From the NCBI GenBank assembly GCA_964016885.1, contig OZ024742.1, forward strand, positions 28,396,001-28,460,000: a stretch of DNA of 64,000 nucleotides. The letters run 5' to 3'. The notes under the pieces were generated by a model. It was not told the DNA's origin. It worked only from the letters and a program-made list of their open reading frames with translations, and ran no database searches. The DNA comes from Eledone cirrhosa (Eukaryota). The translations under genes were made by a program, and so were the position numbers. Positions 1-12,223 of this stretch are shown here, in pieces; positions within the stretch are counted from its first letter, which is position 1; every line of letters starts with the position of its first letter.

Positions 1-268
1 TCAAATGCTGTGTTCAGGAGAGGCGGTTGCATTGGTATGGACATGTGATGCGTATGAAGGATGACAGCTGCATAAAAAGGTGCAGAAGTCGATGGAAACC
101 GTGGAGTGGGGAGACCCAAGATGACTTGGGATGAGGTGATAAAAGCCGACCTTATCCAATTACACCTCTCAAAGGCGATGACACACGACCGTGACCTCTG
201 GCGTCACGCAGTAATACAGGGTACCCGACCTCCCATGGGTACAAGCTGAAGCATATAGACAATATGCC
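1..268 (+). mobile_element. RTE LINE fragment (end of ORF plus start of 3' UTR), cut off by the PLE RT fragment
   Basis: Translates CCVQERRLHWYGHVMRMKDDSCIKRCR...GRPKMTWDEVIKADL; homologous to the RTE copies at 11500-11780. Confidence 0.85.
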
Positions 269-1066
269 ACCACACTTTCTCAGGGCCTTTCTACACTGGT
301 TAGCTAATTTCCCTCCAGGGGTAGTGTCCACAAACATGACACTCTGGTATCTCTGGTTGTCATACCATGAGGTGGCTTTCCCTATCTTATGTCTAGCCCT
401 ATCTAATCTATTCCATGATTTGCTCCTGTATAATGGGCAAATTCCTTTCATGTCCAGTTCTATGAGGGTCTTATACTTCTCCGTGGCTCCTTCGTATACT
501 CTGACTCTGTCTCTTTGGTTGTAGCCAGAGAACTGCATGCGGTTGATGACGTGTTGGATGTGTCTTTCCATTTCTGTTGGGTCGCACATGCGGGACACAT
601 TCTTCATCACTCGTACCAAATCTGCGATCAGAATATTAAACTTAGCACTACTGGACATTGCTGAGTTTTTGAGTATCAGGTATTTGGAGGCCATGGGTTT
701 AGCATAGTGTGAGTGGAGAATTTTGGCTCTCTCGTCTATAGTATTAATCCAGAGTTCCGTGTCTAATACAGGTAGTCTATTGTTAGGGTGTTTGGAAGGG
801 AAGTCTATAGTTACAGTTATACTCTGGTGTATGGAATTAGCTATCTGCTGGATGCTTTCCATTGTGCTACGTTCTAAATCAAACTTGTTAGTGCTCTCTA
901 GTAGGGATGTTTTTATAACTATATTGATATCGTCTACGTAACGAGAGTACATGATGAGGTCTATGGAGCTCTCATTAAGGAGATCTTTAAGTCTCCTTTC
1001 CCACCATACCATAAAAAGGTTGGCAACGTCACCAGCTATGCTGACGCCAATGGCTGCTCCCCCATT
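268..1066 (-). mobile_element. Penelope-like element reverse transcriptase fragment (RT core, thumb, linker); 5'-truncated and lacking the GIY-YIG endonuclease
   Basis: Uninterrupted frame with QxxGxxIG...VANLFM, RYVDD (929-940), LPVLD, HYAKPMAS, MQFSGY, PLYR and VMFVDTTPGGKLA motifs typical of PLE RTs; both ends of the 152..1087 ORF run into flanking repeats. Confidence 0.85.
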
Positions 1067-1277
1067 TTGGTCAGTCAATGGCAACATTGAGGACCGAATA
1101 AATTAGATTACCGATATAAAAGACACAGAAGCGAAAAGCGAAAACCAACCAAACAGTGAGTGTGTTCTGTTATTAATTCTGGCAATATTACACAAATATG
1201 ACCCTCCCCAAGTATAACAATATTTGTTTCGACACACGATTTCATATCAAAAACCTCGCAAAACTAATTCATCGCCG
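1067..1277 (+). mobile_element. PLE terminal repeat (pLTR tail), inverted at the 5' end of the RT fragment
   Basis: ttggtcagtcaatg...gaccctccccaagtataacaat...catcgccg matches 46928-47067 (downstream of a hammerhead motif), 28944-29118, 6316-6483 and 56927-57190; ends in (TA)n. Confidence 0.7.
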
Positions 1278-1317
1278 TTATATATATATATATATATATA
1301 ATATACCTTATATAATA

Positions 1318-1733
1318 GACCTTACCCAATTACACCTCTCAAAGGCAATGACACACAACCGTGAGCTCTGGAATCACGCAGTAATACAGAAGGCCCGACC
1401 TATCACGGGTACAAGCCGAAGCTGAAGCATATAGACAATATGCCCCCACACCCTCCCACTGCAAAGTTGTCGTGGAGGTGCCATGGTAAAAAAGCATCCA
1501 GCCCACACTGTAAAGTGGACGTGTAGGTGCCACGGGAAAAAAGCACCCAGCACTCACTGTAAATGAGGTTGGTGTTAGGAAGGGTATCCAGCTGTAGAAA
1601 TCAAACCAGAATCAGTTCCTGTATGAGCACGACAAGGTCAGCCGACTGGACACTGCCCACAACAGGATAACCCGTCTAACCCATGCTAGGATGGAAGAAC
1701 CGACGTAAAACGGTGATGATGATGATGATGATG
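1318..1733 (+). mobile_element. RTE LINE 3' end with 3' UTR and (TGA)n tail
   Basis: ORF-end homology, modular 3' UTR, aggaagggtatccagctgtagaaa, ccatgctag...gacgtaaaa(tga)n. Confidence 0.8.
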
Positions 1734-1813
1734 AATATACATCCAGGCACACATGTGTATATAAACATAGATATATACACACACATTCAGGCACACCTGT
1801 ATATAAATGTGTG

Positions 1814-1858
<45 letters not shown>

Positions 1859-1881
1859 CATATATATGTGTGTGTATCTCA

Positions 1882-1915
<34 letters not shown>

Positions 1916-2356
1916 GTGTATATAAATAGGTAGGTAGAAAGATAATAAAGAGATAAATATATACTGTTCTTCATGGTGTTAGATTTCTTGACATTTTGTA
2001 TAAATATTCTCCATTGTATTCAACGTTATGTGATGACATCATCATCAAAATTTTATATGCTCTTCATATTTTTTTCCTCTTCATCTCTGTTTAGCCAAAA
2101 CTAAATGATTGATTTTCATAAAAATATCCGTTTGATGGATGTGCAGCCAGATTTTTTCTGACCTCTTGTACAATTACAGTATTTTTCTGTTTTTCAATGT
2201 CAACTTGAACGTATCTCATGTTATTATATGTAATTTTTTAAAAATGATATTGTTATTATTGTTGTTGTTATTGTATAGGCCTTCCGCTTTAGGTCAATTC
2301 AGTCTCAAGTAAACTTGTAACATTAAGGTGTTGCTTTTGATTATCTATCTGTGATT

Positions 2357-2655
2357 CACTGATCCAGCCCTGATAATAGACCCTATCATTGATTTATAAG
2401 GGACTTTATTTCAATATCTTCTGGTGTAGCTATGGTGGAGCTATGGTAATGGCTGTCGCTCACTGATCCAGCCCTGATAATATACCCTATCTTTGATTTA
2501 TAAGGGACTTTATTTCAATATCTTCTGGTGTAGCTATGGTGGAGCTATGGTAATGGCTGTCGCTCACTGATAATAGACCCTAGCTTTTATTTATAAGGGA
2601 CTTTATTTCAATATCTGGTGGTGTATCATATTGAGCTGTAGTAAAAGCTGTTGTG
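2357..2655. repeat. Tandem repeat, about 104-bp unit x3
   Basis: cactgatccagccctgataata...ggctgtcgct repeated at 2357, 2461 and 2565 (third copy partly deleted). Confidence 0.85.
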
Positions 2656-2820
2656 TTTTGCTGTCCTTTTTCCAACTATTATTGTAGATTATTATCATTG
2701 TGTGGACCCAGGTAAGCCCTAACATAGCCACAGATACTCAACTGTGAAAGAGCAGGTTTCTGGCATTTGGGCAATATATAGAGAGAGTAGAGTGGACTTT
2801 TTTTAGTCCTTGCATATGGA

Positions 2821-3100
2821 CAGGGTTAGATTAAGACCTTGGGAGGCCTGGGGCACTTCAGGTTTGGGGATCCCCTCATACACAAAAAATTAGAATACAC
2901 AGAAAACCCCCAATTTTACATATCAAAGTCAGCTTGGTGCAAGTAATTGGAACTGAAAAGTTATACATACAGGTATTAAATTCAAAAATTCTAACCATCC
3001 TAAAACTAAAAAGACCAGCTGAGGGCACAAATAAATTCCAACAGCCGTCGCTGGGAAATCTAAATCAGATGTAAATTCTGAAGGGAAGATTGCATGCTAC
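2821..3100 (+). mobile_element. Non-autonomous DNA-transposon-like repeat (hAT-like CAGGG start); a second copy on the minus strand at about 10270-12690 is split by RTE and SINE insertions
   Basis: Reverse-complement matches at 10270-10348, 12172-12223 and 12610-12690. Confidence 0.5.
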
Positions 3101-4034
3101 CCTATCTAGGATGGCAGTACACACTAATACAAAATAGAGGGTTGACCTGTGGCAAGTAGCGTCAATCATGAGATCTGGGGAACTTATAAACTTTAGAGAG
3201 AGAAAACATTGAAAAGCAGTTCTCATTCAGCTTTAGACTAGTTATGGCATAGTCCCATAACTCCTGATGGAGTCATAGTGACACCATACTGACATACAAT
3301 GTTTCTTGCACATTTTTTAAGTCTGGCAGAGCCCATCAATCTCCAGGTCTGAAAATAGCAGATTTCTTCCAAAGATAGAAATTGAGAGAGAGGAAGTGAG
3401 AAAGTGATAAAAAGGAAGATTCGACCCCAGTACTAGATTGGTATTTTTATTTTATAACCTCAAAAAGATGAAAGGCAAAGTTGACCTCAGCAGTATTTGA
3501 ACTCAGAGCAGAGAGCTGGAACAAATATCACAAAGGATTTTATCCAACGTTTTAACAACTCTGCTAATTATATTTAGTGCCATATAAAATTAATTTTGCT
3601 GATTTATAGAATATTACATAAAATATTGCATAATTAATTAATCAATCAATATACTGTATGGAATGTGACATAATTAATTAGTGAAACCCATGGAAATGTT
3701 ACAACCTATGAAAATACCACATTTTATAAATGTCATTTCTATTTTGATGCATACAGATTATTTGATTATTTTAAAGATTTCAATTATATCTTCCATTTCA
3801 TTTCATAGTTATGGTTGTTTAAAGCATAACAAACATATATCAACCCAAGTAGAATAATATTATATATGTGTTCTAAAGAGTTTATGTAACTCTTTCAATA
3901 CTAAATGGCTTGAGACCACTCCTGATTCTAATATTCAAAGCTGATTATTTAAAAGAGTTTATATTTATCTAAATACTGTCCATCATAATTTTATGTAAGA
4001 ATATTTATAATGTTCAAAACAACAGCTTAATAAT

Positions 4035-4219
4035 TGTTTCTACTTTAGGCACAAGGCCAGTAATTACCCAGTGCATTACTGGTACTTTATTTTATCGACC
4101 CCGTAAGGATGAAAGGCAAAGTCAACCTCGGCAGGATTTGAACTCAGATCGTAAAGGGACGTAACTATGCTGGAAAGCATGGCGTCCGACCCTCTACCAA
4201 TACTGCCAATCCACTGCCC
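4035..4219 (-). mobile_element. SINE family B, full length, with 18-bp TSD
   Basis: B box GAGTTCAAATCC, central gcctttcatccttacggggtcgataaaataaagtaccag domain; TSD aaacaacagcttaataat at 4017-4034 and 4220-4237. Confidence 0.9.
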
Positions 4220-4915
4220 AAACAACAGCTTAATAATGAGAATTTATTTTACTAAATCTATCCAAATTCTTGGTTATTTTCAAAATCATTTGAAAATTGT
4301 AGACAGAATTTTCCATTAGAAATATGATAATTAAAGTGTTTATATTTATCTAAAAAACTTCCATCATAATTTTATGTGAGAGGGGGTGCTATTCCTCTCT
4401 CAGATTCACACACTTATTGCAGCAGTCATTCAGGTTTTCTAAGCCCTGTAAAAAGAACTCAGAAGGTTGTGTCTCCAAACGAGGCCTCTGATCAAGCTAG
4501 GAACTTTTCAGCACCCCTTCATAAAAACATTTGTTATGTCATACTCCAGCACTTAATATAATGAAAAGGTTAGCTACATTACTAAATGCCTCAAAATCTT
4601 AGATTATTTCCAAAGTGATTTGAAATTCACAGGCAGTGTATTTCATTAGAAATGTAGCAAGAAAAAAGTTAGTGAACAGATTTATACAGTCTGGCTACAG
4701 AATATGCTTTTTCCGACTGTACCAATTCTGAATGTACCCAATTGAATCATAATTACTATACACCAGTTCACAGGCTCTACACACAATCTGTAGGGGGTAT
4801 AACAACCTTAATTATTTTAGTACTAATTACAATAAATATTTACTTATGTATGGAGTTAATTAACCCACATGATTGGTGGTGCATTATATAATGTTTTGTT
4901 TTAACCTTTTTGCAG

Positions 4916-5092
4916 ATTTATTAATGCTGGTTCTCTGCATCTATTTATACAATCTCTAATGAGAATGCACATAGTTTTGGCTACACCAAAACAGTATGTG
5001 GCTAACCAGGTTGAAATTACAATTGCTTGGTTGTCTGACCTGCGTGATATATCTAGGAGGAGGATTTTAACATCAAGTTATACTAGATTAAG
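4916..5092 (+). other. Candidate 177-nt exon (unrecognised product)
   Basis: Polypyrimidine tract plus tgcag acceptor, AAG|gtaaat donor, length divisible by 3, one open frame (FINAGSLHLF...SYTRL); no homology recognised. Confidence 0.25.
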
Positions 5093-5461
5093 GTAAATAT
5101 ATATATAGTTAATTAATTAATTAGGATCAGGCTGTGGTATATAACTTTTGTATATGCACTTAAAATATGCAATTATTTAAGAACTTATAAATAGGACAGG
5201 CATAAAATTTGCTGTGTTCAGATCTGGAGAGGAATGGGTACTGCCAGGTTTAAAATGCCCAAGAAACGCTGTATGTCACAACTGTGCTTCTACGATTCCA
5301 TCAGGAATTATGGGGCTATACCATACTATATATCACACAGAAATCTGGTGATGTATTAATGTTGGTGTATAGAAATACATTAACCAGATAATATCAATAT
5401 AGAAATATATGAAAGCTGTGGTTGATTAAGTTGTGAGGATATCAAATGATTAGTGAAGGGG

Positions 5462-5900
5462 GCTTCTTGTTCTCCAACTTATTGCTGGGAGGGTTGTGGA
5501 GGCAGTGTCCTCAAACACTCCTTCCGGCCAGTCCTGACAGAAGCAACCACCCCCAATTGATTCAGCTGAATCCCCAAGCAATACCAGCCAGGCTCATGGC
5601 TGTTATTAAATCATCTTTCTTGGGGTCTACATCTGGATCTCTTGCCAGTTGGTTTTGTCCATAAAATCTTTTTAGTTGTGATTCTTTCCTGAGACATTCT
5701 AACCAAATGTCTGTAATATTCGAGCTGTGATCTCTCCATTTGGAGAAGTAGTGGCTTTACCTGGAGCAATTCTCTGATCTCTAAGCTACACACACTGTTG
5801 AGTAATGTTAATCCAAAAGAACCTTTGGAGGAACACCATATTGGTCGTTAGTAATCACAATCGTATTCTTTCATTCATTACCCAAGATTCATAACCATTG
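5462..5900 (-). mobile_element. Degenerate RTE LINE 3' fragment (second, Expander/Rex3-like family)
   Basis: SLEIRELLQVKPLLLQMERSQLEYYRHLVRMSQER...KPTGKR; related to 32870-33500 and 63590-64000. Confidence 0.75.
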
Positions 5901-6239
5901 GTATGGGTTGGCACTAATACTGAATTGAAGATAGCAATGAAGGAGGCAATGGTTCAAATTATTATATCGGTGTTGTGCTCTGACCATGACCAAGACATTT
6001 AAACCAGCACAATAGCCTGGTTTAAAATGTCTATAGATAAAAAAATACATTAAAATATAATGTTTAGCTTCTTATGATTGGTTAACTAGCAAATAACACA
6101 TATAAAGTCAGTCTCTAACATTTTTCTCTGTATGATATGAATAACAGAATATGTTTTTACATTTGTTTATGTTTTTACAGTGAGGCTTATAAACTGTAGT
6201 TAGAACTATGGCAATTTCTTTGATCCAAATACAAGCTTG

Positions 6240-7185
6240 ATAAAGGAAATTATATTTTCCTAAATTTGTCCAAATTCTGGATTATTTTCAAAATTATTTG
6301 AAAACCATAGGTAGTCTCGGCAATGTATTTGTTTTGCAAGGTTTTTTTTTATATAATCGTGTGTTGAAACAGATATTGTTATATTTGAGGAGGGTCATGC
6401 TGTCCTTATATTGCCAAAAATAGGAAAACATTTACTATTTTTTGGCAATATTAGAACAATATGACCCTCTCAAATATAACAATATAGGTAGTGACTTTCA
6501 TAAAAAATATGTTATTGAACAGGGAAGATATTTATATTTATCTGAAAACTTTACTCAATTTTCAGTAAGATCCTTTGTTAAGTTATGCTCCAAAAACTAG
6601 TTAATAATGAGAAAGTTAGTTATTTTACCAAATCTGTCCAATATTTGATTACCTTTAATATCATTTGAAAACCTAGGTCATGTCTTTCATTAGAAATATG
6701 GTATTGGAAGGTTAAATTTTTTATATTTATCTAAACTCATCCACCATAATTTTATCCAAACACTCCAGACCATACTCCTAACATTAGTTAATATTGAGGA
6801 AGTTAATTATTTTACTAAATCTGCCCAAAATCTTGATTATTTTTCTAAATTGTTTGAAAACTATAGGTAGTGTCTTTCATTAGAAATATGGTATCTAAAA
6901 TCTATCATAATTTTCAGTAAGAACCTTTGTCAAGTTGTACTCCATACATAAGTTAATAATGGTTTTTACCAACAATTTTTGAGGAAGGGAAAATCAATTA
7001 CATTGACCCCAGAGCAGTACTGGTACTTTATTTTATCGACCCTGTAAGGATGAAAAGTCAGTTAATAATGAGAAAGATAGTTATTTTACCAAACCTATCC
7101 AAATTCTTGATTATTTTCAAAATCATATGAAAACAATAGGTAGTGTTGTTATTCATTAGAAATATGGTAATGAAAGGGTTAAATT
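6240..7185. repeat. Degenerate tandem repeat of about 185-190 bp (also at 3950-4670), interrupted by PLE and SINE inserts
   Basis: Recurring gttaataatgagaaagttagttattttactaaatct...cattagaaatatggta units. Confidence 0.75.
6316..6483. mobile_element. Fold-back mini-element made of two inverted PLE pLTR tails, 9-bp TSD
   Basis: Arms tattgttatatttgaggagggtcat...ttgccaaaaa / tttttggcaa...atgaccctctcaaatataacaat; TSD ataggtagt at 6307-6315 and 6484-6492; neighbouring tandem units show the empty site. Confidence 0.75.
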
Positions 7186-7639
7186 GTGCAGATCAGGAAG
7201 ACCAAAACAGCGACATAGAAGCTGTTTTTCATTGCAATATGTTTGCTTGTGTTGAAACTTCATCCATTTCTTTTATTCTATTTACATAAACCTGACAGAT
7301 ACGGAGGGAAACTTCTAGAACATACAATTGTAAAAGGAAGTGTCAATTAAAGATCTACTTTTAGTTTTGACCAGTTTGACATTGATACATAATTTTAGTC
7401 AAAGATACATAATTTAGACCAACACTCTTGACCTCTCACAAACATATATATTTCAATAATTATAACAAGAGCAATAATGGTGTTCAACAGAATAATGATA
7501 TTAATAATAGTATTATTATTATTGTTGTTATTAGATAAAGATAAAGAAATTATTATCATTATTATTATTAAAAGTGGTGGTAGTAGTAGTAGTAATAGTA
7601 GTAGTAGTGATTATAATAATAATATCAATAATAAAATAA

Positions 7640-8091
7640 TGATAAGATGATGATGGTGGTGGTGGTGGTGATGGTGATGGTAATAATGATGATGATGGTG
7701 ATGGTGGTGGTGGTGGTCATAGTAATGATGATGATGGTGGTGGTCATGGTAATGATGATGATGGTGGTGGTGGTGATGGTAATAATGATGATGATGATGG
7801 TGGTGGTGGTGGTGGTGATGGTAATAATGATGATGATGGTGGTGGTGGTGGTGATGGTAATAATGATGATGGTGGTGGTGGTCGTGATGGTAATACTGAT
7901 GATGATGGTGGTGGTGGTGATGATGGTGATGGTGATGATGATGGTGATGATGGTGATGATGGTGATGGTGATGATGATGGTGATGATGGTGATGGTGATG
8001 ATGATGGTGATGGTGATGATGGTGATGGTGGTGATGATGGTGATGGTGATGATGGTGATGGTGGTGATGGTGATGGTGATGGTGATGATGG

Positions 8092-8122
<31 letters not shown>

Positions 8123-8130
8123 AATAATGG
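7640..8130. repeat. (ATG/GTG)n trinucleotide tract
   Basis: Direct inspection. Confidence 0.95.
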
Positions 8131-8324
8131 TGGTTTCTGTTAGTCTACTTTCTACATTGGTTATTCTTTGTTGTTTTGAAAGATTATTGGAAATTGTGTT
8201 ATTGATTTGTAAATGTTGGTCATTGATTAATATGTAACGAAGATGAAAGGATGATGTGAGAGACATGTAAATTACAGGAAAAACTATGATATGTCTGTGT
8301 GTAATTGATCTACAATTAGTGTTG

Positions 8325-9103
8325 ACTGTGGTGGTGGTGGGGGGGGGGTAGTACTGATTGTAGTGGTGGTGGTTGGGAGTGGGGGGTAGTACTGATTGTA
8401 GTGGTGGTGGTGGTGGTGGTGGTGGTGGTGGTGGTGGTTGGGAGTGGGGGGGTAGTACTGATTGTAGTGAGGGTGGTGGTGGCTGGGGGTGGGGGTGGTT
8501 GGGAGTGGGGGGTAGTACTGATTGTAGTGAGGGTGGTGGTGGCTGGGGGTGGTGGTGGTTGAGAGTGGGGGGTAGTACTGATTGTAGTGAGGGTGGTGGT
8601 GGCTGGGGGTGGTTGGGAGTGGGGGGTAGTACTGATTGTAGTGAGGGTGGTGGTGGTGGTGGTGGATAGTACTGATTGTAGTGAGGGTGGTGGTGGTGGT
8701 AGTGGATAGTACTGATTGTAGTGAGAGTGGTGGTGGTGGTTGGGAGTGGGGGTAGTACTGATTGTAGTGAGGGTAGTGGTGGTGGTGGTGGTTGGGAGTG
8801 GGGGTAGTACTGATTGTAGTGAGGGTGGTGGTGGCTGGGGGGGAGTGGGGGGTAGTACTGATTGTAGTGAGGGTGGTGGTGGTGTTGGGGGTAGCAGATA
8901 GTACAGATTGTAGTGAGGGTGGTGGTGGCGGATAGTAATGATTGTAGTGAGGGTGGTGGTGGTGTTGGGGGTAGCAGATTGTACAGATTGTAGTGAGGGT
9001 GGTGGTGGCGGATAGTACTGATTGTAGTGAGGGTGGTGGTGGTGTTGGGGGTAGCAGATTGTACAGATTGTAGTGAGGGTGGTGGTGGCGGATAGTACTG
9101 ATT
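8325..9103. repeat. G-rich minisatellite with constant core tagtactgattgtagtgaggg
   Basis: About 15 units of 35-60 bp separated by GGT/G runs. Confidence 0.9.
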
Positions 9104-9242
9104 ATTACAATTATAGTTATGATAGTGTTGATAATGGTGAGGATGGAGTGTTGATGGTTGTGATGGTGATTGTGGAGTAGCAGATTATGATGAGGGTGGT
9201 ATTGGTTGATGATGGTTGGTGCTAATTATTATATGACCACCA

Positions 9243-9274
<32 letters not shown>

Positions 9275-9612
9275 ATAATGGTACTGGTGGTGTAGGAGAT
9301 GATGTTAAATATGATAGTGGTGATGATGGAGGTAGCAATTATTGTAATGGTGATGATTGTGATGGTAATAGTGAGGATCATTATTATCACAGTTTTACGT
9401 CCATTCTTCCATACTAGCATGGGTTAGACGTGTTGTCCTGTTGTAGGCAATGCCAGGTCAGGTGACCATGTCTTACTCATACAGAACTGATCTTGGCTTG
9501 ATCTCTACAGCTGGATGCCCTTCCTACACCAACCTCACAGTGAGTGTAATAAGAGACAGATGGGAATGAGAAGGGTGACCATGGTGTTCCTCATTAATAT
9601 TACTGAATATTG

Positions 9613-10017
9613 AATTGGCAGTATCGGTAGAGGGTCGGACGCCATGCTTTGATGCATAGAGTTATGGCCCTTGCCATTCTGAGTTCAAATCCCGCTGAGG
9701 TTAACTTTGCCTTTAATCCTTACGGGGTCGATAAAATAAAGTACCAGTAATGTACTGGGTAATTGCTGGCCTTGTGCCAAAAGTAGAAACAATAATATAA
9801 AACAATAACTGTCTCTGATATAGGTAAAAGACCAACAATTTTGGGGTGAGGTGAAAGTTGATTAAATCAACCCCTGTGCATTACTGGTACTTTATTTTAT
9901 CGAACCTGTAAGGTTGAAAGGCAAAGCTAACTTCAGTAGGATTTGAACTCAGAACATAAATGGCCATAACTCTGTGCTGTAAAGTATGTTGTCTGACGCT
10001 CTACCAATCTACTGCCC
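9613..10017. mobile_element. Two SINE B-type copies, tail to tail (+ 9613-9795; - about 9810-10017)
   Basis: Same B box and central domain in opposite orientations. Confidence 0.8.
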
Positions 10018-10348
10018 TGGAGTATAATGTGGTCTGTATTCACCACAAGGGAAATACTGACTCAAAGATTACAATACAATAAAATATCTTATAAGTACAT
10101 TGGCTACATTGTATATATAAACACACATGCACTCATATACACATACAGGCACTTAATCATCATCATCATCTTCAGCATCATTTTACATCCGCATTCCACA
10201 CTGGCAACTGGCATGGGTTCTTTGGGCTGTCATACAGAGCCAGATTTGATAAGAGGTAAAGAGGTCAATTGCCCACTAGCAACGGCCATAGGAATTTGTG
10301 GCCTCAGCTGGGATTTTTAGTTTTAGGATGGTTAGAATGTTTTAATTT

Positions 10349-12172
10349 AGCCCTAGATAAGAGTAACTATAGAGGCATTAAATTAATCGACCAGGTCATG
10401 AAGGTCATGGAAAAAGTAATAGCGCAACTAATCAGAGAGAGAATTGACCTAGATGAAATGGAGTTCGGGTTTGTGTCAGGCAAAAGTACCACAGACGCTC
10501 TTTTCATTGTACGACAACTACAGGAGAAGTACCTAGCTAAAGGTAAACCCCTCTACTTAGCTTTTGTCGACTTGGAGAAAGCCTTCGACAGAGTCCCCCG
10601 TTCCATTATCTGTTGGGCCCTTAGAAAACTAGGTGTCGACGAATGGCTTGTGAGAGCTATGCAAGCCATGTATAAAGAAACAGTCAGCAAGGTTAGAATT
10701 AACAACGAATATAGTGAAGAGTTTAGCGTAAAAGTTGGCGTCCATCAGGGCTCTGTTCTCAGCCTCCTACTATTTATTATTGCCCTTCAGGCTATAACAG
10801 AGGAGTTCAAGACCGGCTGCCCATGGGAACTCCTATACGCAGATGACCTGACACTCATAGCTGAATCAATGGCCGAGCTAGAGAAGAAATTCCAAACATG
10901 GAAGCACGGCCTAGAATCAAAAGGCCTTAAAATTAACCTGGCTAAGACTAAAGTTCTAGTTTGTAGGAAAGAAAATAAGGCGGCGGTCCCTTCCGGGAAA
11001 TGGCCATGCTCAGTGTGTAGGAAAGGCGTAGGTAGAAACTACATTTTATGTCCCAAATGCAAAGTATGGGTGCATAAAAGATGGAGTGGGATCACAGGTA
11101 AGCTAACTAAGAACATAGATTTTACATGTGGCCGGTGCTCTGGTGCAATAAGTAGCAGCAAGTGCCCACAAAATACTAGCTCTTACAACTGCGCAGAGGG
11201 CTCTATAGAAATAGTGGACAGCTTCCGTTACCTGGGTGACAAAATCAGCAGTGGGGGAGGGTGCTCTGAAAGTACAGTAGCTAGAGTCAGAACTGGATGG
11301 AAAAAGTTCAGAGAGCTTATACCACTATTAGCCGCTAAAGGTTTCTCCCTAAAAATGAAAGGCAGGTTGTATGATGCCTGCATACGAACAGCAATGTTGC
11401 ATGGCAGTGAGACCTGGGCATTGTGTGCAGAGGATATATGCAGACTAGAGAGGAACGAAGCTTGCATGCTCCGCTGGATGTGTAATAGTAATATACGTGA
11501 ATGGCAAAGCTAAGGAAAAAATTAGAAATAAGAGGGATCAGATGTTGTTTACTCGAGAGAAGGCTACGTTGGTATGGACACGTGATGCGCATGAAAGTCG
11601 ATAGCTGTATAACAAAGTGCAGGGCAATAAAGATAGACGGTAGCCACGGAATAGGCAGACCTAGAAAAACCTGGGACGAGCTGATAAACTCCGACCTCAC
11701 ACACTTACACCTCTCCAAGACAATGTCACTGGACCGAGACCTTTGGCGGTACTCAGTAATAGAGAAGACCCGCCTTACCTAAATACATAGTAAAACCTAC
11801 TACAGCCAGTAGGCATCTCTAACAAAATACACCCCGTCCCACCACCCCCACCCCATCCACACCACCCCCTTCTATGTAAAGTTATGTTGGTGCCACACCA
11901 TCGAGGCCGAAACAAATGAGATCGTGTAGGTGTCACGACAAAAAAACACACAGTCCACGCTGTAATGTGGCCGTGTAGGCAACACAATAAAAACCTCCCA
12001 GACCCACACTGTAAATGTGGTTGGTGTTAGGAAGGGCATCCAACTGTAGAAAACCTGCCAGACAGTCCTATGCGAGCAAGACAATCACTCTTGCCTCAAG
12101 TGGGAATACCCCCGTCCAAACCCATGCAAGCGTGGAACACGGACGTTAAACGTTGATGATGATGATGATGAT
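10349..12172 (+). mobile_element. 5'-truncated RTE LINE: RT domain, embedded PHD-like finger, frameshift near 11510, 3' UTR and (TGA)n tail
   Basis: NYRGIKL, FVDLEKAFDRVPR, GVHQGSVLS, LLYADD, FRYLG, LRWYGHVMRM, GRPRKTW; 10-bp deletion relative to the copy at 39421. Confidence 0.95.
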
Positions 12173-12223
12173 GTATGTATAACTTTTCAGTTCCAATTAC
12201 TTGTACCAATATAACTTTCATAT

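Noticed and set aside
152-1087. Complete 311-aa protein
   Set aside because: Chimeric ORF: MLPLTD comes from the inverted pLTR and the last roughly 38 residues from antisense RTE sequence.
5222-5351. In-frame second exon after the 4916 candidate
   Set aside because: The sequence is a dispersed repeat with copies at about 3240-3365 (reverse) and 47505-47690.
7625-8266. Long poly-Ile/Thr and Met/Val ORFs (also His-, Asp-, YI- and CV-rich ORFs throughout)
   Set aside because: These are translations of tri- and dinucleotide microsatellites, open in several frames and on both strands.
8325-9103. CRISPR-like constant repeat with variable spacers
   Set aside because: Spacers are related low-complexity G runs, there are no cas genes, and the context is eukaryotic.
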